From assembly GCA_030037495.1 (NCBI GenBank), contig JASHRG010000007.1:22718-86717 (forward strand): a stretch of 64,000 bases of DNA. Direction: 5' to 3'. A model generated the notes under the pieces. The model was not told the origin of the DNA, did no database searches, and saw only the letters and a list, made by a program, of their open reading frames with translations. Both the position numbers and the translations under genes were made by a program. The DNA comes from Candidatus Micrarchaeota archaeon. GTDB lineage: Archaea > Micrarchaeota > Micrarchaeia > Micrarchaeales > Micrarchaeaceae. Shown here piece by piece: positions 15,151-24,274 of this stretch (the stretch's first letter is position 1; each line of letters starts with the position of its first letter).

Positions 15151-15876
15151 ATGAGTAAGAGCAAGAGCATGGCAAAGCGAAAAAAGAGGGTTGCACGCCA
15201 CGCCCAGAAGAAGCCAGTTGCCAATAAGACGAGGGCTGCTGCAAAGGTCAAGCTTATTGATAGGGGGCCGCTTAAGAAGCAGGCCAGCCATACGGCTGAA
15301 GCTCAGGTTACTGAAACGAAAACAAGAAGCTCAAAGAAGAGCAGGGAGGCCCTTGCAAATGTTTATACCCCGGAAGAGATAAAGTCAGCCATCAGCGAAC
15401 TTTCCAGGAACGACATGGTTGTTGGATATCTAAAAAAGAACGTAAGCAAGCGTGCGCTTGATGTTATAAACAATCTTACATTGCCGAAGACAGACGAAGG
15501 GCTTGCAGCTGAGCTTGACATGAAGATAAACGCGGTGAGGAGAATACTCAACATTATGCAGGGGTATGGAATAACCAACTACTATGTTGCCAAGAACGTC
15601 AATGGGTGGCTCTCCTTTGCGTGGTATATAAACCTGGAGAAACTCGCGCCATTCTTCGAGTATATAAGCGGTATAGAAAACAAGAGGGCAGAGGTAAGCG
15701 AAGAGTGCAATGATTACTTCATATGCAGCAAGTGCTATGAATCCAACAAGCTGATATTCACATTTGACGCTGCTTTTGAGGAAGGCTTTAGGTGCGACGG
15801 CTGCGGCAAGAGCCTTGCTATGATGGACAAGGAGGAAGCCACGAAGCTGATGGCCGGCTCTACAAGAACAACCTAG
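15151..15876 (+). CDS. tfe: transcription factor E (TFE alpha) with ~70-aa lysine-rich N-terminal extension
   Basis: Winged-helix region (..LDVINNLTLPKTDEGLAAELDMKINAVRRILNIMQGYGI..) followed by a Zn ribbon, CSKC...CDGC. Confidence 0.75.
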   Translation: MSKSKSMAKRKKRVARHAQKKPVANKTRAAAKVKLIDRGPLKKQASHTAEAQVTETKTRSSKKSREALANVYTPEEIKSAISELSRNDMVVGYLKKNVSKRALDVINNLTLPKTDEGLAAELDMKINAVRRILNIMQGYGITNYYVAKNVNGWLSFAWYINLEKLAPFFEYISGIENKRAEVSEECNDYFICSKCYESNKLIFTFDAAFEEGFRCDGCGKSLAMMDKEEATKLMAGSTRTT

Positions 15877-15933
15877 TCAAGTAAATTCGGATTCCAGCTG
15901 ATTTTATATATTCTAGTTGGTAAATTGTTATGC

Positions 15934-16008
15934 AGCGAGGTGGGGTAGTCTGGAGTGCCCGCCGGGCTCATAACCCGGAGATCGTTGGTTCAAATCCAAT
16001 CCTCGCTA
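15934..16008 (+). tRNA. initiator tRNA-Met (anticodon CAU)
   Basis: A1:U72 acceptor end (AGCGAGG/CCTCGCT), three G:C pairs closing the anticodon stem (CCGGG-CTCATAA-CCCGG) and T arm TTGG-TTCAAAT-CCAA. Confidence 0.85.
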
Positions 16009-16120
16009 TGTTTTTCCTTTAAGGACCCTAGAGTTCTGGTAATATGAAAACCAATCACCATTAAATTAGTTGTAGTTAAAGTAGAAATAGTAGTTGTATA
16101 TATTATAAAGGAAACGAGAA

Positions 16121-16642
16121 TTGCGGAAGTGTGGGGTGTTGCTGCTGGTAAACGAACTTGACTACGACCTGCTTTGGCAGATTGTACAAAAAGAAAAACA
16201 GACAAACGAGCTCCAGCTTTTGCCCAAAGGGTTCTACGACGAAGCCGCATCCCTACTAAACTCGCTCAACAAGAAGGAGATGACAGACGACGAAGCAAGC
16301 CTAAGGAAGAACGCAATGAAGATGATCAATGACCTTTATGAAAGAAGGAAACAGAAGGTACTAATTTACGTCGCATACAGGAAACCGCTGCCACAACCGG
16401 CTGTACCTTCAGAACAAGAGTTCTACAACGAACTATCCGAAGCCGCAAAGAGGAACAAGCTTGATATGCACTTCTCCAAGAATGGCAGGCAGACGCTCGT
16501 TTCTTTGCAGACGATACCGGAGATAATACTTCCATCAGGGAGGAAGGCTGGGCCGTTTGAGAAGGGTCAGATAATAGAGATGAGCGCCGAAGAGGAAGAC
16601 ATAAAGTTCCTGATAAACAATACTATATGCAAACAGGCTTAA
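16121..16642 (+). CDS. GINS complex subunit (Gins51/Sld5-like)
   Basis: The N-terminus LDYDLLWQIVQKEKQTNELQLLPKGFYDEAASLL matches the archaeal GINS A-domain motif (ELQ.LP..FY), and the size fits. Confidence 0.55.
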   Translation: MRKCGVLLLVNELDYDLLWQIVQKEKQTNELQLLPKGFYDEAASLLNSLNKKEMTDDEASLRKNAMKMINDLYERRKQKVLIYVAYRKPLPQPAVPSEQEFYNELSEAAKRNKLDMHFSKNGRQTLVSLQTIPEIILPSGRKAGPFEKGQIIEMSAEEEDIKFLINNTICKQA

Positions 16643-16652
16643 CGGTGTAAAC

Positions 16653-16943
16653 GTGAAAATTGTAAAAGAGATAAACAGCTATTGCCCAAAATGCAACAAG
16701 CACACGCCCCACACGGTAAAACTCTACGCAAAAGGGGCAATGCGAGGCACTGACATAGGGAACAGACGCAGGGCAAGGAAGCTCAAAGGCTACGTTGGTA
16801 AGGTAAAGGGGCAGGCATCTGTGAAAAAGCTTGCCAAAAAACAGAAGATACTTCTCACATGCAAGGTGTGCAAGTACACCCTTGAAAGAGTTGTCGGCTC
16901 CAGGACAAAGAAGAGGTTGGAGTTCAACATGGAAACTGCTTAA
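16653..16943 (+). CDS. rpl44e: 50S ribosomal protein L44e (eL42)
   Basis: YCPKCNKHTPHTVKLYAKG...LTCKVCK is the zinc-ribbon eL42 pattern. Confidence 0.9.
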   Translation: MKIVKEINSYCPKCNKHTPHTVKLYAKGAMRGTDIGNRRRARKLKGYVGKVKGQASVKKLAKKQKILLTCKVCKYTLERVVGSRTKKRLEFNMETA

Positions 16944-16952
16944 ATTGATAAA

Positions 16953-17753
16953 ATGCCACAGGAGCAAAGGAGAATACCAAAGGTAGGCGAGCTTGTTATA
17001 GCGCAGATAAGTAAGATAATGCCTTTCGGCGCCTACTGCAAGCTTCTTGAATACGACAACCTTGACGTTTTCCTGCCGATCAAGGAGGTTTCTTCTGGAT
17101 GGATAAAGAACATTCACGAATTCATTCACGAAGGACAGAAGGTGGTTTGCAAGGTTGTGTACTATGATATAAACAGGCAGAGCATAGACGTATCTATAAA
17201 GAAGGTAACCCCTCAGGACTCAAAACAGAAAATCAATGCGTTCAACCTTGAGAGGAGGCTGAGCGCGCTTTTCATGCAGGCGGTTAGGGCGTCAGGGCTT
17301 GAGCAGCAGAAAGCTGGCATTGCAACTCAGGCTGCACAAGAGTTCGGCAGCTACACAGAACTGATACGCAGCGCAGCAGGTGCCACAAAAGCGTTCGAAG
17401 GATCAAAACTCCCAAAGAAGCTGAAAGAGACCCTCCAAAAGCTCATAGAAACGAGCAGAAAGAGGAAAAGATACATCGTTTCTTACATAATGAAGCTAAC
17501 AACATACAATACAAAAGGTGGCGCAAAGGAGTTGCGCGAGATCGTTTCTGAGATAAAGAGCAACGGAGTTGCAGTGCAGTACATAAGCGCACCAAAGTAC
17601 CATCTAAGCGCTGAGGGAAAGGACTATACAGAAGCAGAAGGCAAAATCCGCAGCGCAAGCGACGTTGTAAACACTAGGCTGAAGAAGGGGACGTTTGAGA
17701 TCGAAAAGGAAAAACACAAGAAAGAAAAAGAGGACATAATGTCCACGCTGTAA
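16953..17753 (+). CDS. translation initiation factor aIF-2 alpha subunit
   Basis: The S1 domain PKVGELVIAQISKIMPFGAYCKLLEYDNLDVFLPIKEVSSGWIKNI is typical of aIF2-alpha, and the gene follows L44e as in many archaea. Confidence 0.85.
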   Translation: MPQEQRRIPKVGELVIAQISKIMPFGAYCKLLEYDNLDVFLPIKEVSSGWIKNIHEFIHEGQKVVCKVVYYDINRQSIDVSIKKVTPQDSKQKINAFNLERRLSALFMQAVRASGLEQQKAGIATQAAQEFGSYTELIRSAAGATKAFEGSKLPKKLKETLQKLIETSRKRKRYIVSYIMKLTTYNTKGGAKELREIVSEIKSNGVAVQYISAPKYHLSAEGKDYTEAEGKIRSASDVVNTRLKKGTFEIEKEKHKKEKEDIMSTL

Positions 17754-17795
17754 CAACACCGAATACTGTTAATAATTAGAAGGTACGATATACTG

Positions 17796-18578
17796 GTGGG
17801 TCTAATGCTGGAAACTAAGATAATAATCAACAGGGACATAAAGCTCAGGAACCCGATTCTAGTAGTTGGCCTTCCAGGAATAGGTAACGTTGGCAAGCTG
17901 GTAGCAGAGCATCTAAAGAGGGAGTTCAAGCTGCAGAGGATCGCGACACTATACTCGCCCCACTTCCCACACCAGGTTGTCATGCTTAAAAAGGGAGGAA
18001 TAAGGCTTGTGGGAAACAGGTTCTACCTATTAAGGGACAAGAGCCTGAAGAGGGACATCGTCCTTCTGACAGGGGAAACGCAGGCTGTGACCCCGGAAGG
18101 CCAATACGAAGTCAATTACAAAATAGTCGACTTCTTCAAGAACAAGCTCGGCGGAGACTTCGTATATACACTAGGAGGGTACAGCATCTCAAGGAGCGTG
18201 GGCGAACCGCCAAAGGTGTACGGCAGCGTTACAGGAAAGGAGGTGATACCACAGTTCGAGAAATCAGGGGTGGTGTTTGGCAAGGCAAGGGGCATGATAC
18301 TTGGCTCAGCAGGGCTCATAATAGCATTTGCCAAGCTGGAAAAGGTGCGTGGCATATGCCTGATGGGGGAAACCAGCTTCCTTGATGTCGACGCCGCAGC
18401 AGCAAAAGCCGTGCTTATTGTGCTAGCGAAGAACATAGGGCTGGAAATAAGCACAAAGAACCTAGACAAGATGATTGAGAAAACTGCGAATACCATAAAA
18501 GAACTGGAGAAGCAGGCAACCGGCTTCGTGACTCAGATAGGAACAGAAGGAGAGAGGCACCCATCTTATATAAGGTAA
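17796..18578 (+). CDS. PAC2 (proteasome assembly chaperone 2 / COG1938) family protein
   Basis: LRNPILVVGLPGIGNVGKLVAEHL...SPHFPHQV is the PAC2 N-terminal motif. The gene follows aIF2-alpha, as commonly seen. Confidence 0.6.
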   Translation: MGLMLETKIIINRDIKLRNPILVVGLPGIGNVGKLVAEHLKREFKLQRIATLYSPHFPHQVVMLKKGGIRLVGNRFYLLRDKSLKRDIVLLTGETQAVTPEGQYEVNYKIVDFFKNKLGGDFVYTLGGYSISRSVGEPPKVYGSVTGKEVIPQFEKSGVVFGKARGMILGSAGLIIAFAKLEKVRGICLMGETSFLDVDAAAAKAVLIVLAKNIGLEISTKNLDKMIEKTANTIKELEKQATGFVTQIGTEGERHPSYIR

Positions 18579-18618
18579 AGCAAAAGCCTTTTTATCTGGA
18601 GATACTCAGGTCAGGTGA

Positions 18619-18691
18619 GCGAGTATAGTCTAGCCTGGTAGGACATTGGCTTCCCAAGCCAATAACCCGGGTTCAAATCCCGGTGCTCGCA
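18619..18691 (+). tRNA. tRNA-Gly (anticodon CCC)
   Basis: Acceptor GCGAGTA/TGCTCGC, anticodon arm TTGGC-TTCCCAA-GCCAA, T arm CCGGG-TTCAAAT-CCCGG. Confidence 0.9.
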
Positions 18692-18720
18692 TTTATAAAT
18701 TTTAGAGTTTAGTAAGCTTT

Positions 18721-19317
18721 ATGGATTCCAGGGACAGGCTGATAGCGAAGATAAGGAGCAATGAACACATGGAACGCGGCAGGGTAAATTTCAGGAACGA
18801 GCTTACCAAAATAAAGCTCAACCTCGAAAGGCTTAACCTTGGCGGCGTATGCCTGACCGATGTAAACCTAAGCTGCGCAAGAATGCGCGGCGCCAATTTC
18901 GGCGGAGCTAACTTCGGCTACTCCAACCTATCAAGGGCCAATATAGAATGTGCATGCTTCGGTGGCGCAAACCTTAGTTATACGAACCTCAGTAAAGTTA
19001 GGGGAAGCGGCGCCAATATGAGCGGCGCTTACCTTGGGCATGCAAGATTGTGCAACGCTGATCTAAGAAATGCGTATCTTTGGGGTGCTTTTATGAGAAG
19101 CAGCAACCTTACAGGCGCAAACTTCCAAGGCGCGTATCTAAAAGGCGCAGATCTGAAAAGCGCCATCCTGGTCAATACTGATTTCACAGGTGCAGACATG
19201 CGCGGGGTCACGCTAAACGGGGCAAAAATAAGGAAACGCGACGCGCCTGAGCTTGCCAAGGCGTTGAAAATCAACAGTGCAAACGAACTGAAAGAGCTCG
19301 GGATCAACATAATTTAG
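18721..19317 (+). CDS. pentapeptide-repeat protein
   Basis: About 25 consecutive A(D/N)LxG/x pentads (GANFGGANFGYSNLSRANIE...GADLKSAILVNTDFTGADMRG). Confidence 0.85.
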   Translation: MDSRDRLIAKIRSNEHMERGRVNFRNELTKIKLNLERLNLGGVCLTDVNLSCARMRGANFGGANFGYSNLSRANIECACFGGANLSYTNLSKVRGSGANMSGAYLGHARLCNADLRNAYLWGAFMRSSNLTGANFQGAYLKGADLKSAILVNTDFTGADMRGVTLNGAKIRKRDAPELAKALKINSANELKELGINII

Positions 19318-19398
19318 CAAAATTCCACTATAATCCAAAAACACTAAACTTTATAAACCAAACGTCAGTAATAATTATCGAGCGACCAAGGTGTTAAA

Positions 19399-19650
19399 AT
19401 GGTAAAATTCATAATTGCTAGGCAGCTAGTTGGAAAGAAGGTAATAACCAGCGACGGATTCGATGTCGGGCGTCTTTTTGATGTTGAAATAAGCGAAGTT
19501 ACAGGAAAGATCGTGAATCTGGTTGTCGAGCCAAATCTCGATTCTGGACTTGCAAACAAGATGAAGGTTGATGGCGGCCAGGTTAAGATACCATACAATT
19601 CAGTCCTTGCAGTAAACGACTACGCTGTGGTCGATAGGAAAAACCTGTAA
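19399..19650 (+). CDS. PRC-barrel domain protein
   Basis: GKKVITSDGFDVGRLFDVEISEVTGKIVNLVVEP is a typical PRC-barrel motif. The protein is 83 aa. Confidence 0.6.
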   Translation: MVKFIIARQLVGKKVITSDGFDVGRLFDVEISEVTGKIVNLVVEPNLDSGLANKMKVDGGQVKIPYNSVLAVNDYAVVDRKNL

Positions 19651-19692
19651 TTTCCAATTCCAGCAAGCTTTTTATTCTGAATTCACTAATAG

Positions 19693-20406
19693 ATTATAGG
19701 TGTTCCTATAATCATAACAGGTGGGGACGAGGCAGGCAGAGGCGCGGTTTTCGGACCCCTTGTGATATCCCTCGTAGCGATAAAAAAGGAGAGGGAGCTT
19801 GGCCTTTCAGAGATAGGTGTCAGAGACTCAAAGATGCTGCCAAGGGAAAGGAGGGAGGAGCTATTCAAGAAGATAAACAAGGTTGCGTCAGAGGTACTTG
19901 TCGACAAGATTTACCCAGAAGAAATAAACAGGGCTATGCAGAGCAACATATCGCTTAATGAACTTGAGGCAGTGAGGTTCTCAAAGCTATTTGACCAGCT
20001 TGACAACCACACATCAGTGCTTTACCTTGATTCTCCTGACGTAATAGCGCACAAGTTCGGCCTCAGGGTCAACATATACAGTTCAAAACCAACCATGGTT
20101 GTTGGGGTAAAATCAGAGAGGGAGAAAGGCACAAAGTACACCAAGATAGTTGCTGAGCACAAGGCAGACTCCAGGTACCCTGTGGTTTCTGCAGCAAGCA
20201 TAATAGCAAAGGTAACCAGAGACAACGAGGTAAAGGTGCTCGAAGAGGAACTTGGGATAAGCGTAGGCTCAGGCTATCCATCAGACCAGCAGACAATAAA
20301 TGCTGTGAAGGAGCACTTCAAGAATCAGAAATTCAAGCGGTACATAAGGGAGTACTGGGTAACTATGGATGCGATAAAGCAGCAGAAGATAGACTCGTTC
20401 TACTAG
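19693..20406 (+). CDS. rnhB: ribonuclease HII, apparently initiated at a non-ATG/GTG/TTG codon
   Basis: The ORF track starts at GTG 19762. The same frame, open from stop TAG 19690-19692, encodes ..IGVPIIITGGDEAGRGAVFGPLV, which includes the catalytic DEAGRG motif. Only ATT, ATA and ATC codons are available between 19693 and 19716. Confidence 0.8.
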   Translation: MIGVPIIITGGDEAGRGAVFGPLVISLVAIKKERELGLSEIGVRDSKMLPRERREELFKKINKVASEVLVDKIYPEEINRAMQSNISLNELEAVRFSKLFDQLDNHTSVLYLDSPDVIAHKFGLRVNIYSSKPTMVVGVKSEREKGTKYTKIVAEHKADSRYPVVSAASIIAKVTRDNEVKVLEEELGISVGSGYPSDQQTINAVKEHFKNQKFKRYIREYWVTMDAIKQQKIDSFY

Positions 20407-20437
20407 CATTATTTTATTACTTATCCTTAATCTATTG

Positions 20438-20512
20438 GATCTGTGGCGTAACTTGGATAGCGCATCTGGCTTCGGACCAGAGGGTTGCGGGTTCAAATCC
20501 CGCCAGATCCAC
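20438..20512 (+). tRNA. tRNA-Arg (anticodon UCG)
   Basis: Acceptor GGATCTG/CAGATCC, anticodon arm TCTGG-CTTCGGA-CCAGA, T arm GCGGG-TTCAAAT-CCCGC. Confidence 0.9.
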
Positions 20513-20548
20513 ACTATCTATAAATGTTATACATAAAAGTTATATCGT

Positions 20549-20857
20549 GTGCATATGCCAAAAGGGATACTATTAAAGGACAAGCAGGCACGGATAGTAC
20601 TTGCGTTAAAGAGTACACAGCAACCGTGGTACATGAGCACTATAGTCAAGGAATGCGGCACCACATATGTGCACGCGCACAACTTCATAAAGACGTGCCA
20701 AGAGGCAGGCATAGTCTCTGTAGAGAAGCATGGAAAGATAAAGGAGGTAAAGCTCACGGAGCGCGGCATACAAGTGGCAGACATGATAGCCGGGATATAC
20801 TCCGCACTGAACCAGCAACAGAAAGCACAGGAGGAGAAGCGCGAAGAGAAGAAGTAG
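20549..20857 (+). CDS. small winged-helix DNA-binding protein with K/E-rich tail
   Basis: ARIVLALKSTQQPWYMSTIVKECGTTYVHAHNFIKTCQEAGIVSVEKHGKIKEVKLTERG is an ArsR/MarR-like wHTH pattern. Confidence 0.55.
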   Translation: MHMPKGILLKDKQARIVLALKSTQQPWYMSTIVKECGTTYVHAHNFIKTCQEAGIVSVEKHGKIKEVKLTERGIQVADMIAGIYSALNQQQKAQEEKREEKK

Positions 20858-20861
20858 TCAA

Positions 20862-21296
20862 CTAGACTACTTCCACAATTACTCTTTTCTTAACCGCATT
20901 AAGCACGTGGCCGTAGTCGCGGTAGTGTGCTATTGCAGTAAGGTTCAAGGTATATTCTCCAGGATCTGCGTTCATAGTGCTGAAAACCTCGAACTTCAGC
21001 TCACGTTCCTCTTCAGAAGGCAGTTCCCCAAGCCTTAGCTCCCTTTCCTTAGTCAGCGCTACTTGCTCAAAACCAAGCTGCTTAGGCAGCTCTGCCACAA
21101 CAGATGTGAGAAGTGTCTCATTTGTCATATTTTTTATCCTTACAATAAGAGTCGACGAGCTCTTCCTGCTTGCATAGAGCTTGTATGGAACCCATTCAGT
21201 AGAAATCTTGAACGGGGAACTCTTTGTAAGCTCAGAACTAACGTCTTTTTTGCCAAAAAGGTTGAATATTCCCATTGAAATCACAAGTCTGGCCAA
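20862..21296 (-). CDS. hypothetical protein (predicted beta-sandwich)
   Basis: The ORF is supported by its length and by the absence of a better ORF on the other strand. Alternating beta-strand pattern (TLIVRIKNMTNETLL..., ELKFEVFSTMNADPGEYTLNLTA). No family recognised. Confidence 0.4.
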   Translation of the reverse strand: MARLVISMGIFNLFGKKDVSSELTKSSPFKISTEWVPYKLYASRKSSSTLIVRIKNMTNETLLTSVVAELPKQLGFEQVALTKERELRLGELPSEEERELKFEVFSTMNADPGEYTLNLTAIAHYRDYGHVLNAVKKRVIVEVV

Positions 21297-21412
21297 ATAT
21301 CATTTAATAATCATGCTTTTATAGTTTAGTATTGCATTTATATTAGCAGAAGTACTTACGACCAAAGGCATCAAGTGAAAAAAATCGCCCAGAGAACAAA
21401 TGGAACGAGTAA

Positions 21413-21838
21413 ATGCCGATAAAGTATAACCTAACAAAGTACGACATGCTATCAACAAGGATAAAAAAGGTCTCAACCAAGAGACCCCCTATTCAGATGA
21501 GCAACGAGGAGCGAAGTGTGATGATAAAAGCCGTGCTCATAGCAGCGTTTTCTTCAGGGCATTCGTGGCAAACATACAGGACACTCACATCAAATGGATC
21601 AACGCTCAATAATCCAGAAATAAAAAAAGAGTATACAGAAGCGTTGACAAGCAAGTGGAGGTACATAACCCCTTTCGACATCGTCGAGGTGTCAACAGCA
21701 AACATCCAGGACAGGACGTTTTCTGAATGGCTGCTGTTCAACGTAAACAGGGATTACCACGAAGAGTACAAGAAGGCGTGGGAGGAGCTGAAATCAGAAT
21801 TCAGCAAGGATTGCGATGTCGTTGAAAGAAGGGAATAA
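21413..21838 (+). CDS. hypothetical protein (141 aa)
   Basis: ORF only; no recognisable motif. Confidence 0.35.
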   Translation: MPIKYNLTKYDMLSTRIKKVSTKRPPIQMSNEERSVMIKAVLIAAFSSGHSWQTYRTLTSNGSTLNNPEIKKEYTEALTSKWRYITPFDIVEVSTANIQDRTFSEWLLFNVNRDYHEEYKKAWEELKSEFSKDCDVVERRE

Positions 21839-21964
21839 ATAGACAGCAAACTTACCCTAAATGCAACAAAAATATTCTTCACTACACAAGAGTGAAACTG
21901 TTAATACAAAAATAAGAGAAGCATATTTAAACCTTAATTAGAATTAATTAGCTGCAACTAGCAG

Positions 21965-24274
21965 ATGGGTGGCGCCACAATGGATCAAAATTCAACTAAT
22001 CCTAAATTTGTGATAAAGAGGAACAATGAGAAATCGCAGTTCAACATAGAGAAAATACAGCATGCCATATTCAAGGGATACACGGATCTGTACTTCATGA
22101 GGGACCCTGAAGAGAACCAGGAAGCAGCGAGACAGGTTGCCAGGCAAGTCCTCGAGGAGCTAAGGAACCTGAATAAGGAGGAACTCCATGTTGAACAGAT
22201 ACAGGACATAGTGGAAATGGTCCTGATGAAGAACGATCCCAATGTTGCCAAGTCATACATATTATACAGGAACAAGCACGCTGAGCTCAGGAGGTTCAGG
22301 CAGTCTCTTGGGATACCGAGCGATGAGTTAAAGGTTCCAATCAACACGCTTATAGTCCTTGGCGCAAGATATTTGCTAAAGGACGAGAACGGAAAGGTAA
22401 TAGAAACACCAAAGCAGTTGTTCACAAGGGTTGCAAAGGCAATAGCCGGCGCTGAGAAGACTTTCGGTGCTGGGGAAGAGCAGGTGCAGAAGTACGAACA
22501 CGAATTCTTTGAAGCAATGTCAAGCTTCAAGTTCATGCCAAATTCACCTACATTAATGAACGCAGGCACAAAGAGCGGCCAGCTCAGCGCATGCTTCGTG
22601 CTCCCTGTTGGGGATTCGATACCTGAGATATTTGACGCAATAAAATACCAGGCAATGGTGCACAAGACCGGGGGTGGCACAGGGTTCGCTTTCTCAAGGC
22701 TCAGGCCATCAAATGATTTTGTAAGGAGCACGAGCGGAGTTGCCTCAGGACCAGTCTCATTCATGAAGATATTCGACTCAGCCACAGAGGAGATAAAGCA
22801 GGGAGGGAAGCGCAGAGGCGCAAACATGGGGATCCTAAAGGTGGATCACCCTGACATACTGAGCTTCATAGTGCTGAAAGAGAACGAAGGCACATTAAGG
22901 AACTTCAACATCTCTGTCGGGATAACTGATGAATTCATGCAAGCAGTAAGGACAAACAGGGACTATACGCTGAAGAACCCGAGAAGCGGTATGCCTGTGG
23001 GGAAGCTTAACGCAAAGGCAGTCTGGAACCTTATAGTTACAATGGCTTGGAAAACCGGAGATCCAGGACTGGTGTTCCTTGACAGGATAAACGCCAGCTA
23101 TGCAAATCCAGTTCCTTCAAGAGGTCCTGTAGAAGCTACAAACCCATGCGGAGAGCAGCCGCTTTACCCGTTCGATTCATGCAACCTTGGCTCAATAAAC
23201 CTGGCAAAGATGGTGAAGAAGACCGACCACCATTATGAGATAGACTGGGATGAGCTTAAGAGGATAGTGAAGCTTGGAGCAAGATTCCTTGATAATGTAA
23301 TTGAGGCTAACACCTATCCGCTGCCACAGATAGATGAGGTTTCAAGAGCTATAAGGAGGGTTGGGCTTGGAGTTATGGGATGGGCAGACCTTCTGATAAA
23401 GCTTGGAATAAGATACGACAGCAACGAGGCTTTGATGCTTGCCGAGCAGATAATGTCCTTCATAACACAGCATGCAAGGAAAACAAGCGAGGAGCTTGCA
23501 GAAGAAAGAGGGCAATTCCCGGAGTTCAACAACAGCATATGGGCAAGGCTTGGCAACAAGCCCCTAAGAAACTCAACTGTCACCACAATAGCGCCAACAG
23601 GCACAATCAGCATAATTGCTGGAGGATGCTCCCAGGGAATAGAGCCAATATTTTCAGTCGTGTACCTGAGAAACGTGCGCGATACCATAGGATCAAACCT
23701 CATTGAAGTGAATAACGAGTTCGAAAGCTACGCGCTTGAAGAGGGCTTCTATTCAGAAGAGCTGATGCAGAAGCTCGCAAACAGGGTTTCCATACAAGAT
23801 GTTGAGGAGGTTCCGGAACGTGTAAGGAAATTATTTGAGACAGCATATGACATAAGCCCAGAGTGGCATGTCAAGATGCAGGCTGCGTTCCAGAAGTACA
23901 CTGATAACGGCGTGTCAAAGACTATAAACTTCCCAAGCTGGGCAACACCCCAAGATATAGAAAGGGCGTATACACTGGCCTGGGATCTGAACTGCAAAGG
24001 CATTACTGTTTACAGGGACTCATCAAAGAGCGTTCAGGTGCTGCAGGCTGTGAAGAGCGAAAGCGCGCAGAGGAGCCTTGACAGTATAAAGAACATGCAC
24101 AACCCAGCGGCGCAGGACCCAAAAACAGTTAGCGTGGCAGCCGTGATGGCAGGCGCGCTTGGATACTCTCTTATAACTGCGCCGGAGGAGAAGTGCCCTG
24201 AGTGCGGCAACACCATGATTGCAGGTAGCGGGTGCTTCACCTGCCCCAAATGCGCATTCAGCAAATGCGGTTAA
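21965..24274 (+). CDS. nrdJ: class II (adenosylcobalamin-dependent) ribonucleotide reductase
   Basis: N-terminal ATP-cone (VIKRNNEKSQFNIEKIQHAI), catalytic NPCGEQPL, and the C-terminal Cys cluster CPECG..CFTCPKCAFSKCG typical of NrdJ. The length shows no intein. Confidence 0.85.
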   Translation: MGGATMDQNSTNPKFVIKRNNEKSQFNIEKIQHAIFKGYTDLYFMRDPEENQEAARQVARQVLEELRNLNKEELHVEQIQDIVEMVLMKNDPNVAKSYILYRNKHAELRRFRQSLGIPSDELKVPINTLIVLGARYLLKDENGKVIETPKQLFTRVAKAIAGAEKTFGAGEEQVQKYEHEFFEAMSSFKFMPNSPTLMNAGTKSGQLSACFVLPVGDSIPEIFDAIKYQAMVHKTGGGTGFAFSRLRPSNDFVRSTSGVASGPVSFMKIFDSATEEIKQGGKRRGANMGILKVDHPDILSFIVLKENEGTLRNFNISVGITDEFMQAVRTNRDYTLKNPRSGMPVGKLNAKAVWNLIVTMAWKTGDPGLVFLDRINASYANPVPSRGPVEATNPCGEQPLYPFDSCNLGSINLAKMVKKTDHHYEIDWDELKRIVKLGARFLDNVIEANTYPLPQIDEVSRAIRRVGLGVMGWADLLIKLGIRYDSNEALMLAEQIMSFITQHARKTSEELAEERGQFPEFNNSIWARLGNKPLRNSTVTTIAPTGTISIIAGGCSQGIEPIFSVVYLRNVRDTIGSNLIEVNNEFESYALEEGFYSEELMQKLANRVSIQDVEEVPERVRKLFETAYDISPEWHVKMQAAFQKYTDNGVSKTINFPSWATPQDIERAYTLAWDLNCKGITVYRDSSKSVQVLQAVKSESAQRSLDSIKNMHNPAAQDPKTVSVAAVMAGALGYSLITAPEEKCPECGNTMIAGSGCFTCPKCAFSKCG

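Noticed and set aside
20513-21964. An integrated mobile element at tRNA-Arg, with att duplication.
   Set aside because: I found no integrase gene and no second copy of the tRNA-Arg 3' segment in the downstream 1.5 kb by eye. It is reported only as an accessory-looking islet.
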